From Epithemia pelagica (lineage: Eukaryota; Protista; Bacillariophyta): 64,000 nucleotides of DNA. A model generated the notes under the pieces. The model searched no databases. It was not told where the DNA came from and saw nothing but the letters and a program-made list of their open reading frames with translations. The stretch spans positions 2,232,001 to 2,296,000 of the forward strand of contig OX337235.1 of assembly GCA_946965045.2 (NCBI GenBank), read 5' to 3'. The stretch's first letter is position 1, and each line of letters starts with the position of its first letter. The translations under genes were made by a program, and so were the position numbers. Below, in pieces: positions 22,746 through 34,908 of the stretch.

Positions 22746-25700
22746 TCACTCAAGACGTTGACGCGACCATGCTTCCATTGTCAAGTTCTCGGTCGTGACA
22801 GACTTGCGATTTACTCCTAGCAATGCAGTCTTACGTCTCACAGAACTGAGTTGCGATGGTGGTTTCTCTTGAATGGCTGTCTTCAAAAATGTGAAACGCG
22901 ATTGTAACTGAGCTACTTTGGCGGCGGCTCCCCAGTCATGATACAACCATATCGCGCACTTGAGATATTCTACATGATTTGTTGGTGTGTTACCGTTCGA
23001 CTCTGCCTCGTCCAACAACATGAGACCACATCGCTCATTCATCAAAGCGGTTAGGTTCAAAAGCCCGTCATTTCCGCAGACACTGATTGCGTCATCAAAC
23101 GCCGCAACGTTGTTTTTGCGAAGCGCCTTTATACATGCCGTCAGAGGCTGTGCATTAGGCGACCCAAAGCGACTTAGTTTCTCGAAAAAGTTCATTGATG
23201 TATCCGCCCATTTTTTGTGTTTGTTCGTCTTTCGACACAGTATGTGTGACGCCAAGCTTGTGTAAGCCATTCGAAAATGCTGCCGTTTCACTGGAGGATC
23301 ATGAACAGGGTAGTCATCTAGTCGTACTAGCATAGCATCCATTGTTTCTTCATCATCGAATATGACTGCTAGCATTAGTCGAACAATTGAGATGTCTCGA
23401 AGAGTCATTTTCTTCGGATTTCCTTCAAACTGTTCTAAAACGGCATCTTCTTGGAAAGCTTCCCCGTGTAGTTCCGTGGGTCGAGAGGACGACTTGCTGC
23501 AGCCCTGTAGATTGTACAAACACTGCCGCATGAGGCTAAATACTACAACAAACGTTTTACGTCCTGAGTTTGAGGCTGTTTCTTCAAAGAGCAGCAGTTT
23601 CGGCTCCAGAAGAGAGTTAAGAGGAAGAGAAGCATGATAGAAGCAGAACATTGCAAGCATACCGGAGGCCAGACCTAAGTCGGTCTCCCCTTTGTTCAGA
23701 AGGCCATTGTTGAGGTCTAAGAATATTTCGATAGCATCTCGGAATGGTAGGCGTAAACTTGAGAGTATTGAGTACATTGCAATCTTGGCTTTCAAGAACT
23801 CAAGAGACTTTTCTCCAGGGAATCTTTCCATGAGAGATATGCCGATATTGGCATACATCGAAGCATCGTCGTACTTTTCTTTTTGCCGGCATGGAGCTCC
23901 AAGACACACAACCATGTACGGTATATCTTTAGTGATAGCCTTCTTCATCAAACTCAAACGAAGCATTCGATACCCTATCACCACTGCCGTATTGAAACGT
24001 TTCGCGAAAAAGGCGTGATTGCATACAATCTGAGCGATTTTGCATTGTGCAATAAATACCTTATCTGTTGCCATTGGAAATTTACTGCAACAAAATAATG
24101 TTCGACCTCGGAGAGCTACTTGCAACCGCATCTTTGCTCCCTTTACCTGTCCATCGTTGGGTGTCGACGGCACTTGTATGTCGTACATCTGCAATACTTC
24201 GATTCCCTTTTCAATGGAAATCTCATAGTTGTTGTTATTTTTCGCGCAAAGAGATTGGAGGTATGCATATTGGGCTCTTGTTTTGTCAGTCAAACACTTT
24301 GCATTTTGCATGACGTCCTCGCCTAACGCCAATGAACTATCCTCGTTTCCGAGGAAATGTTCCGTCTCCATCAAGTAGTTCTTCAACTCCAACACAAGGT
24401 CATAGTGGTCGTTCCAACAGGAGTTGGGGTTCAGACAAACATTTGCTGCACGGAAGAAAACTACTGCCTCTGTGAAAGCTCCCTTTGCGACAGCGATTTT
24501 GCCTACTCTCAGATTCAGTCTTGCAACCTCCACTGGATCAGTCAACTCCACAGGAATTGAGTTCAAGTGAACAGCAGCAGTGAAAAGCATCCAATCGTTT
24601 TCTCCTGGCGATCCTCGATCCATCAAAACATTCGATAGCCGCAAGAGCATTTTGTTTCGCTCGATGCCTATGGAGATCGAAGCGCACGCTGCCTCCCGGA
24701 TCCTGTCGTGAGCAAACTTGAAGCTTTTCCGATGACAATCAAGAAGAACCAAACCCTCTTGATACGCTTTTTCAATTATGTACATGAGCGCTTGTGGTTC
24801 AATTTCGACGCTTTCTGCCCGCAGAAGGGCTTTAAGGAGATCAATGTCGATTGAGTTTTTCGTGTACGCTGCAAGCGCTAGAGCTTTGGGGAGTGGGTGG
24901 GGCATGGTATTAACTTTTGACAGGACCATTAAGATCACATCGTCGGAAAGAAACTGCTCCAGCTCCACCCGCGAAACGTCGCCAAACTGCCACTGAAAGC
25001 ACATTACATCGTAGTAGAGAGCATTTTTTCGCACCAATTCCTCCAATGCTTGTTTGACGAAGAAAATATTGCCCAGTGTTTTGGTATAGATCGCTTCCGC
25101 AATGGGGTCCACCTCTTCTGGAGCTCGATCTATGGAATCTGCAATAAACTCCGCGACACTAGTGGGAGACAGATTAAAGATCTCCATACGACGAATGACA
25201 TTGCGTCCTCTGACTTCCTCCACCTCCTTCATCATCTTGGAGAAGGGATGATCTTCGTCCACTTCGTTTGACCGATATGCAGAAATGAAGAGAATATTCT
25301 TGAGAGACTTGTCTTTTAACACGCCATTGAGCACTTGAAGTGACGCGTCATCCGACCATTGAAGGTCATCGATAAAAAATACAATTGGTCGTTCCTCGGT
25401 TGTGCAAGCTTTCAAAAAAATCTTAACGGCAAACATTACGGCGTTCAGATCGTGTCCCATGGAACTGCAAGAGGGAATGACCGGTGGAGGTGCTTCTGCT
25501 TGACCTTCTGCTTGCCAAGCTTTGTGCAGTAGATCTGCCAGAGAGGGAATCAGAGTGTCGACCAAGACAATCATATCTCGCTTCCCAATGATATATCGAC
25601 TTGATCAAAGCGTTCCTTCAATTCATTGAGTTCTTTGCTGCTTGAATTTTTCGACAAGTCAAGGCAATAGTGATTGAGAGCTTGAGAAATGGCAGAGAAT

Positions 25701-26059
25701 GGATCTCCTGCTTTCATATGACCGAATTTGCCTTGAATAAAAGATCTACAAATGTCTTTCCCCAGGGATTGCTGGATGAATTCTTCGACAAGCGAGGATT
25801 TGCCCGTTCCAGAGCATCCCGCTAAGAACACGATTCGGCTACCACCTGTGGCACCAGATTTGACAGAGGTGTACATGTCATGCAGTTGCCGGAGTTCATT
25901 GTCGCGCCCATACAATTTGTCTTTTGGGAATTTGATTCGGCCCTTCTCCAAGTCGTCATCCGCATCCTCTCTTCTGTCGTGGTAAGCCTCGTCTTTTTGC
26001 TCGGCGAGGGTCCCGAATTCGACTTGTCTTTCATCATCATTGTCCTCGTAGTGCTTCAT
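22746..26059 (-). CDS. STAND/COG3899-like P-loop ATPase with winged helix and TPR-like region; reading frame broken at ~25571-25605
   Basis: KLYGRDNEL, Walker A GCSGTGKSS, Walker B FFIDDLQWSD, KTLGNIFF, FKFAHDRIREAA, terminal YHDWGAAAKVAQL; the two ORFs join with a 1-nt shift. Confidence 0.8.
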
Positions 26060-26603
26060 CTTCCATGTGATGGATCTGCAACCAACATTGACCTGTTGTG
26101 GTCGCCCAATCCAAAATCCAGTCTCTCACAACTTCTTTGTCTTGGAAGCCAGACAGTCGACAGTCGACACACACACAGGTTTCGGATTTCGGATTTCTCC
26201 GGTTTGATGGAAAGATTCTCCGGGTTGCTGTTTTGCTTCCGTTGGGCTGATGTCTGTCTTCTTCTTAAAATTGATTGGGCTCATTTCTATGATACGTTTC
26301 TTAGCGGTTTAAAATATTAAGAGATAAACTTTTTCACTACATTTATCGAATAAACCACTGGAGAGTTGTAGATCATTCACATCAGCAACAACCCCCAAAT
26401 CCCCACCACGACCACCCCCAAACCCATCCCCAGCCCACGGAAGTCTGTCACCTGTCACCTCATGTCAATGTCACGGCGCAAAGTCATCTGCGACTCGTAC
26501 AAGATTTGAACTTCAAATTGTTCGGCCAACTCTTCTCTCATCTCACACGTACCTTAGAACGGCCGAACCAGTTTGACGACGATGCATTCATCACACTGTG
26601 TTG

Positions 26604-29600
26604 ATGAGTGGAAGCATCATGTCATGTTGTCGTTGGAATACTCGCGTCGTCCCACTGCTGTTCATCGCACTCCAGTTCTTGATAAAAAGGGCTTGGCCCT
26701 TTGGTACACGAAACTTTTTTCGATTTGCATCTGGACGCAGCTCGTATCGTCATGAGGAACAAGACACACATGCCTACGACGGCCCCGACTGCCGTTGGTG
26801 GGCCCGAGGAAGCTCTCATCCCGCAGAAATATACCATTGGACCAGAAGAGAGCGACAATTAACGACGACGCAATTGGAAGGGATTCGTGGTTTTCGGGAA
26901 AAGTTTGGATCGGCCTTTCCATCGGCCGTGACGGAAATGTCGCACCGAAGCAAAGTCTGTGATCACTTATTGATCGATGTGAATCAGTTTTTGCACATGG
27001 TGGTGAGAAAGGCGAGGACCAAAAAAGGAGATTTCGATGATCGTTCCTTGCTTCTTCTAATGAGAGAGCTGGATAGTATCGTCAAGTTCGCAGCTCCTCG
27101 AAAGTCGCTTGTCCTTGCCATGGATGGACCTCCCCCGGCTGCCAAACTCTCCACACAACGAAAGCGAAGGCAAACCACCTTGGATCGGACCGAAGCCCAA
27201 ATGAAACTTTTCCAACGATTGTCTAAAAGCAAAAACAAGAATCGAAATTCCAAGAGAATACAAAAAGTATGGAAACGGAAACAGAAGAACTGGAATCTGG
27301 TAATGGCAACGCTTGCCATCACACCAGGAACAAAGTTTATGGACCAGGCAGCATCAGCACTCCTCTATTGGGTATGGCAACGACTTCAAAGTCGGCACAG
27401 TTACTTGCATGAGCTACAAATATATATATCATCCAGTCAGGTTCATGGCGAAGGAGAGGTCAAACTCATGGAGTGGTTGTATCGACCCGAAAGTCAAATC
27501 AGACCAGGTGACCATGTCGTAATGATGGGAGGAGATTCAGATCTGGTCCTGCAGGGCCTCATGGTCCCTCCATCGCTCACTCACAATGTCGATGTATTGA
27601 TGCCCAATCATGGTTCCTATATTGGCTTTTGTATTTCCGAAATTGTAAATAGTTTGACGCGGGAGTACAGGTTGCCAATTCGGGAAGAGAATTTGATGAA
27701 AATTCGAACAGATATTGTTCTCTTGTTTATCCTGACGGGAAATGATTACCTCCCAAAGCTTCGAGGGAGCTCTGGTTTCAATTCACTTTTCGATCTTTAC
27801 TTGAAGCTGTTCCGACATTGGATCAGCATTGGAAGGTCACACAGTGCTTTCTTGGTGGATCCTCATCGGTTGGAGTTCAACCGAGAATTCTCTCTGGCCT
27901 TTTTTGAACAATTGGAATCTCAAAAGAACATATCTACCTTCTTGAGTTTAGGATCAGTTGGAGGAGAACTGGGAGCTCTGGGACGACTGAACAACTTGAA
28001 GGACATGGGTATCATACCACCAAACACTCGATTCGAAACACTTGTACACGAACAAGAGTATACAGAGACTGAGCTTTCTCTTGATGGGAGTTGTGGTTCC
28101 TCGAGGGAGCGAGAAGCAAACTCTGGACACATCATGAACCGAACAGAATCATTGGAGATGCCCATTGAAAACGACAATTCATATGTTGAGAGGGTGACTG
28201 TCCGACTGCATGTTGGAAAGCAATATTCAGAAGAATACCAAGTGTTTGAGCTCAATCGTACCTTGACTCGCCCGAGGGCTGAGGCGCTTCGCCGTGTTCA
28301 GCACGAGCTTGCCGCGGTCGTCATCAAAGATTATCTATGCCTCGATTCCGAGGATATCAGTATCGATGAAGAAGATGACGTAGATGACCCATTCAGCAAC
28401 CACTTTGATCTATCAGAGAAAGAGTCGGAAATACCAGCAGGTCCCTGTGTTGAAAAGTATGCCTATGGGCTGCTCTGGAATCTTCAGATTTATCGAGATG
28501 GGACTGTGTCTGATTTCGGATTTAACTATGGCAAGAGACTGGCTCCAACCGCTCACGACATTTGCAATTTCTTGAAAGAGCACAGACCGATCGAGTTGTT
28601 TGAACATTCCAATGCGCGCCCTCTTAGTGCTGGCTTATCCTGCGTTGCCGCTTTGCCATTGAAGGTGAAGGAACTCATCCCACCACCGTACAGTTTTCTC
28701 CCCGATGAAGTCATCGACCACCTCTATTCCTCTTGTGTTGACGAAGAAGACAGTTCCTTTGATATCAAAAAATTTTCCGAATTAAGTAGCTTTTACATGG
28801 GATTACTGGGAGAGAGCAAACCAAAAAATCACAATGTTGTAAAACCAAGCGATAATGGATGGACGGTTCTCCGCAGACTGCCTGTTCCATCGGTATTCGC
28901 TAAGAAACCACCAGCTCCATTTCTCGGCAGGCTCGATAAGCTCCGCGAAGACCCTTGCATAAGCGTCACTGAATTGGCCTGTCTTGACTCTTCACTCTCA
29001 TCTAGAATTTCAACCAGGATCGATTCCAGTGCCTTTTCGACCGAAGGAGAAGTTCCACTGACGGAAATCGACGTGTATGCTGATAACGTATCATCAGAAG
29101 ACCTATTACACAAAAACTACGACGAAAGTGTGCATGGCGGCCAAGAGATATTACGTTTGGATAGCAAACAGCTCTCGACAGCAGACGGTGTTTCAGCACT
29201 TCAGTTTCTCAACATCCTTACTGATTTGGGTTTGGTTGTTCGTTGGAAAAGTGAATTTGACAAGGCGGCAACTCATTCAGTCCGCATAACTGTGCAAAGT
29301 CACGGGACCCCGATGTTGGAAAAAGATATAGAAGTCGTTCGAAACCGGGAGTTTCCGTACTCTCAAACTGCAAAACATGTGAAACAGGAAATCGCAACTT
29401 CCGTGCTTGAGGAAATGTTCACTTGTACTTTGTCTGACTATTCAGCCAAAGAGCTGAAGGCATTGTATCTGAACTCGTACATTGACCAAGCGGTATTTAA
29501 CACCAAGAACACGAAAATCAACGTTACCGCGGATGGGATTGATGCTATATCTTGTCTCAAGCAACTCAAAGACGTGGCCTTGCTGAATGCAGTCAGCTGG

Positions 29601-29861
29601 TCTGCTTCAAACGGCTGTGAAATACTAGATGTGTCACTTCGCCAGCAGACAGGCATTACTGAGCACCTTTCTTACAAACAGCAAAATGGAATGGAACCTC
29701 CAAATGCGGTATCCAGACAGGAGATCAAACACAGACTCGCATCAGAGGCCATCCACGACATTTTTGGACCTCAGGCGTTCAATAATACGTTTGAGAGCAT
29801 GCGCTGCTTTCTTTTGTCGGAACAAGAAAGCCGAAACATGACAGGACAAGTCACACCTTAA
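26604..29861 (+). CDS. XRN-family 5'-3' exoribonuclease with N-terminal targeting peptide and three dsRBD-like repeats
   Basis: LLIDVNQFLH, LAMDGPPPAAKLSTQRKRR, ITPGTKFM, HGEGEVKL, GGDSDL, GNDYLP, YAYGLLWNLQIY. Confidence 0.85.
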   Translation: MSGSIMSCCRWNTRVVPLLFIALQFLIKRAWPFGTRNFFRFASGRSSYRHEEQDTHAYDGPDCRWWARGSSHPAEIYHWTRRERQLTTTQLEGIRGFREKFGSAFPSAVTEMSHRSKVCDHLLIDVNQFLHMVVRKARTKKGDFDDRSLLLLMRELDSIVKFAAPRKSLVLAMDGPPPAAKLSTQRKRRQTTLDRTEAQMKLFQRLSKSKNKNRNSKRIQKVWKRKQKNWNLVMATLAITPGTKFMDQAASALLYWVWQRLQSRHSYLHELQIYISSSQVHGEGEVKLMEWLYRPESQIRPGDHVVMMGGDSDLVLQGLMVPPSLTHNVDVLMPNHGSYIGFCISEIVNSLTREYRLPIREENLMKIRTDIVLLFILTGNDYLPKLRGSSGFNSLFDLYLKLFRHWISIGRSHSAFLVDPHRLEFNREFSLAFFEQLESQKNISTFLSLGSVGGELGALGRLNNLKDMGIIPPNTRFETLVHEQEYTETELSLDGSCGSSREREANSGHIMNRTESLEMPIENDNSYVERVTVRLHVGKQYSEEYQVFELNRTLTRPRAEALRRVQHELAAVVIKDYLCLDSEDISIDEEDDVDDPFSNHFDLSEKESEIPAGPCVEKYAYGLLWNLQIYRDGTVSDFGFNYGKRLAPTAHDICNFLKEHRPIELFEHSNARPLSAGLSCVAALPLKVKELIPPPYSFLPDEVIDHLYSSCVDEEDSSFDIKKFSELSSFYMGLLGESKPKNHNVVKPSDNGWTVLRRLPVPSVFAKKPPAPFLGRLDKLREDPCISVTELACLDSSLSSRISTRIDSSAFSTEGEVPLTEIDVYADNVSSEDLLHKNYDESVHGGQEILRLDSKQLSTADGVSALQFLNILTDLGLVVRWKSEFDKAATHSVRITVQSHGTPMLEKDIEVVRNREFPYSQTAKHVKQEIATSVLEEMFTCTLSDYSAKELKALYLNSYIDQAVFNTKNTKINVTADGIDAISCLKQLKDVALLNAVSWSASNGCEILDVSLRQQTGITEHLSYKQQNGMEPPNAVSRQEIKHRLASEAIHDIFGPQAFNNTFESMRCFLLSEQESRNMTGQVTP

Positions 29862-32800
29862 TTTATCTCAAAAGCAGCTGGTGATATGTCTGCGTCACCA
29901 CCCGCCAAATGGATGAGTTCCTTCTTATCCACGTATTTCTGGAGATCAGTACATTTTCGAATGAATTTAACCTTTCGCCTTGTGTTTGCGGAACCCACGA
30001 ATCCTGAAAGGGCTATCATGCCTCCAAGTGCTGTACGCCCACCGCGTGGTGCACCATGCCCCTTCACGACGAGTGCCCGGTAGAGGCGCTCAGGATAATG
30101 AAGCATTACAAGCTTTATAAGTCGTTTGAGCATTGGGTCGTTTGAGTGGACATAATACTTCTCAGATTCGGGCACTCTTGGGTTGTCAAAATTCTCTGCT
30201 CCTTTCGGCGCCATAATTTGGATATCCTCGGCGGGAAATTCTTCGAAGTGATCTTCTTCCTCTCCATTGGTGTCGAGGTCATCTGCGCCGACTGAATCCT
30301 GTTGTGCCGCTGATTCCTCAAATGATTCTTGGCTTGCTACCGATCCTGCGTTTGTAATATCGGTTGCCGATTTCTTCTTCTGAGGCTTTCCCGTGAGAAC
30401 AATCAGTGTACATCTAACGTCCGGGTCTTCTCTCGCATAGTGCACCATGCTTTGTTCCAGACGATGCACGACAGCGGCAATAACGGCATCTTCGTCTCCC
30501 CGCCATGGTCCTTTGAGCATTTGGCGAAAATAAAACACAGGGCGACCACCGAGGTCGCGTCCTTGTTGAAAGAACTGACCCGTTTGGAGCTCCACCCGGC
30601 ACGTTCGCGCATCAATAGGAAATGTGAGACCTCGCCACGCAGCACTCTCCACAATTCGAACTGTTGCCTTTTTCAGGCTGCAGTTTGAAGCGACAAAGAA
30701 TCGCAAGAGGTCGTTCCGATTGACGACACGTAGAATTGAGACTTGACGCAGGTCTCTTCGTACTTCTAATGCCTCTTGTGCAGACGGTGCACTCCCCAGA
30801 GGAACAACGGGGCGGGTGCCGGTTCTCCCGTGGGTTAGAACGGCACCAAGTTGGACATCATCTCTAATCGGAATCCGTACATCGGCCAAAAGTTCAATGA
30901 GCTTATTTACTGCGAGGTCAAATGGTTCACTGGTGGCAATAAGTTGAGGCTTTCGACCACGGTAGTTTTCATTCAATGGTTCGTCATGAAAAGAATCGAC
31001 TACGGTTTGTTGTAATGCCTCTGTATTGGAGATACCGACGGCTTCTGCGCACGCTCGAGCCACTGCCACACATGGATCAAGAAGCAATCCTCTTGCCAAT
31101 ACATTAAGCTTACCAGGTATTTCAGCGTTTGGATTGGACAGAGTAAGCTGACTGATACGGTGTCCACTGTAAAAGGCGCATTGGGTAGTCAAGGCAATTT
31201 GGTAGTGACTAACTTGAACGAATCTGTAGGCACATAAAATCCGTTCCGGTAGTTCACTCTCATCTTCACCTCGTATTTTGACAGACAAGTCTGCAACTTC
31301 CCGAGCTAGGTTGTTGGCGGTGATGAAGGTGATCACCAAGCGTCCAGCCAATGTGCACCATCGTTGCGGATCCACTGGAAACGACAGGAGACGGAACCAA
31401 TGTCAGAGTTTGAAGCGCTGAGAGGTTGTTGTTAGAGTGCTGCCTTGAAGGACCAGTTACCCCACTTACCGTTGCAATTGACTGCTACATAATTTGTGGG
31501 AGAATGGCGTCCGTCCACAAGAGCGCCACCAAAGTGGTGACACGACCCAAAGTATTCAGCTTTCATGGCTGGGAGTGCATATCGATCCGAGAAGGTATAA
31601 TACGAAGGAGACACGGAGGACGACTGTGTCACAAATCCTTTGTAATCCAAAAGCCACAACAAAATGGTCATGAGATGCATGAACAGCGCCTGTAGGAGTG
31701 GGAATCTAAATGTGGTCAAGTCTAATTGAAGCAAAAACTCAAGTCTTTGTTGCCTGAATGCTTCATCACCGCCTTTGAACCGTTCCCATACTGTGTCAAA
31801 GCTTGGATCGACGCCAACAGGCATGTTGCGCGCAAAGACAGAGACATTCACAACTCCAATGGTTTTGATATGCATCGCCTTGACAAAAAAGTCCACATCC
31901 GGATTGTTTTCCACTAATTCGCGAAGGGACGGGATCGATTGGACTGGGTCCGTGTAGACATTGATGCGTGCGTCGCCTTCGGCAGGCAAATTGAACATGT
32001 GCGATCCCACCAAGGAGAAGGTTTGGCCCAGACTGAAGACTGATTCACCGACTTGACTGGTCCAACTCCACCATTTGCGATCCGGAAATTTGATCCCTCG
32101 CACTCGACAAAAGATATCGCGGGACACGTAAGGTTCATAGTATTCGTTTTTAGCAGTTCGATCACGCGCTTGGTTATCAATATTCATATCATAGGCCAAT
32201 CGGAATTTCCAATACCCGTCTGGTGGTTTGTCAAATCCAAGTCTCCAGCCAATATTTACCAGTTGACGAGCTCTCGCGTAACTTTGTACCAGTAGCGACG
32301 CTCGAGCCACACGTTTTCTCCACTGCAAAAGATGTTGCATTCGTTCAATATCCGAGGTAGTGTAGGGAATGGCATCAACCGGCATAATTGGAACAAAGAG
32401 TCGGAAAAAGTCAACGGGCCCCAAAAGTACTCGCTTGCTAATATATTCGGAGGAAAACCCTGCAACGCCATCGTCTGATGATGCATTCCCTGCGTCGTTT
32501 GGTGGCTGCTGTGTTTGTGGATCACTAGATGGTCCACTGCTGGGTTTGCCTTGTCCAGTATTGGTCGTTGCACCAGTATTGGTCGCGGTAGTTGCCTCAT
32601 CCGAGGGAGATGTTTTACGATGAGGCTTGGTTTCATTCCACCAAAGCTCTTCTAAATGCCGTCGGATCCCAGGAAATGTCGATCCAAAACATCGCATCAC
32701 GTCATCCCATGCCACTCCGACGGCGATACAGTGATCCTTGGCCTCTCCGTACTGATTTACATTGTCATCGTGAAGGACACACTCGGGTCCATCATGAGCT

Positions 32801-34275
32801 AGAGATCCTTGATGAATCAAGCGAAACACATGATGCATATTTTGAATGGTGGTACCCATCAGTTGTGTAGCCAGCAAGTCGGTCTGGAACTGAGCCGCGG
32901 CTTGAGCAGATTGAAAGGTATTTTCCATCCATTCCGATTTGGGTGAATTCTTGACGTAGACTTCCAATACTCCTTCTGTTGGTGGTGTGGGATGAACGGA
33001 AAATTCCGTCACGTGCAAGCAAAATTCATGGGCGTCCCCTGCACCACCACCGCGAGTGGCTTTGGGAGAGTGTGCCATGACATCGTCCTGGGACCCAGTC
33101 AAGGATGAGGATCCGCGTTTGGATGACGGCGAGGACGACGATTCTCCAGCGCCGTCGGAGATGGTCAAGGTTGGCGGTCGATGCAGTAAGTTGACCTTGA
33201 GCGTCCGACGCAAGGAATTAACATCACGTGGAAACACGCGCCGAGCTGCTTCCGCCCATGGTGGGGGTGGTGTCCATGTATGGTACACCATACTGGAAGT
33301 GTGAGGTCCATAGAGAATTGCCGCGCACTCTAGGTGGTGCAAATGATGTTGTTGTTGGGGCTGTTGCTGTGGTTGCAGCATGTGGTATGAGATGGCATGT
33401 TGGGAGGTCCAAGTTCCATATCCTTGAGTAGAAGATAGAGAGGGGAGCCCTAGATGAGGTTGTTGCTGCTGTGGCTCTACCATGGGTTGTTGTCGATGAC
33501 GGTCCAAACTATGCAAGTCATCTGTATCTTCTCTCTCCCCCTCTTCCTCCCGCGCCCAATGCAAGATCGGAAACCTATCATGACCACCCAAACCTCGGGT
33601 AGCGGCACCATTGAGATTCATGTTGCTTTGGTGTTTGTGTATGGTTTTGTCTGAAGACCATTTGGATCGTCCTCCCGTGAGAGGATGATACTCCTTGGAT
33701 GGTAACCTCCCACGTCCTCGTCGAATATTCGTCAAAGATCGAATACTGCTGGTATCATCCAGAGAACTAGACATGTTACTTTCTGTCCGTCCACGGCGAC
33801 CACCACCACCATTCGGAACCAACAGCATCACGTTGGGATCCTGGTCGGTCGTGCGTTGGTCTTGCCGACGTTTTTCGCGTCGAATCATCCATATGACAAT
33901 TGTGAACAACACCAAACAAAACAAAACGTGATGCTCCATTTTTTGAGATGCTTGTATGGGTTGTTCCCAAAAGGAATGGACAAGCCCCTTTCCATGGAGA
34001 ACACTGGTTCCACTGCTGCTTGATAGATCTCTTTCAACAGGAAGGCTAGCACAACTTTTCGAGGACAGAGGACACGATAGCTCGTCCAGGCTATCGTCGA
34101 TTGATGATGGATCCGTTTCTGTTGCTGAGGCGGCTGTCGCCTCTTGTATCTCATTGTCGCTTTCCGGAGAAGCTTCGTTCGAGTTCGCGGTCGGCAGTCG
34201 GTTGCTGGCATCATCGTCCACCGTGTTTGGAACGGATCCACTTCCTCTCTCCATCTCTCGAAACAGTAGATCCAC
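29858..34275 (-). CDS. large membrane-anchored lipid-transfer protein: TM, PH-like region, EDR2_C(DUF1336)-like, CRAL-TRIO; intron 31375-31469
   Basis: A GTAAGT...TTTCCAG intron (95 bp) fuses ORFs 31432-34275 and 29858-31375 in frame (NCN-V-DPQRW). CRAL-TRIO: LLRFFVAS, QGRDLGGRPVFYF, HYPERLYR. EDR2_C-like: FKGGDEAFRQQRLEF. Confidence 0.72.
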
Positions 34276-34735
34276 ACTCGCAACAAACTAGAAGACCCTG
34301 CTTTTCAATGGGGTATCCTCATGAGAGCTCCTGCAGACGACTTTGTCCTCTGTCTAAAAGAATCTTCCATGAAAGATTGGAAACAGAAGAAAAATGGAGT
34401 CTCCTAAAAACGGGGGGGATTCGTGGTATTGGGGGCGGATGTATTGCGAAAGGAGTCATGAATGTGACGTAGGTCCTGTCCGCGTCATCGGAACATCCTT
34501 TTGCGCCTGGGACACCCGCTACTTTGGTAGCGGTATGGACTTTTCCGCTTTCATAGTAGTCTTCCTATTCAGTACAGTGTGATTTCAGCGACTACCTACA
34601 ATACAATGAGAATTGTACTTAAGAATTCGATTTCCGTTGATTACAAGTATTTATGAGACTTGATCTTGCTTCAAGACCAACATTTATTATGACCGTTAAT
34701 ATAGGGTTTCGCCAAAAAAAGCCTTGACCTGCTGG

Positions 34736-34905
34736 CTCGAAACAATGTCGAAACCACGACACAACGTCGAAACAAAGTCGAAACAAAGTCGAAACAAAGT
34801 CGAAACAAGGTCGCAACAAAGTCGAAACAACCCGAAACCAACCGAAACAAAGTCGAAACAAAGCCGAAACAAACCAAAACAAACTCGAAACAAAGTCGAA
34901 ACCAA
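34736..34905 (+). repeat. left tandem array, ~16 degenerate units of GTCGAAACAAA
   Basis: Directly readable; ends GTCGAAACCAAGCC immediately before ATG 34909. Confidence 0.95.
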
Positions 34906-34908
34906 GCC

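Noticed and set aside
25571-25574. ATGA stop/start overlap suggesting prokaryotic translational coupling
   Set aside because: It splits one NTPase domain between Walker A and Walker B in an intron-containing eukaryotic region; a frameshift is simpler
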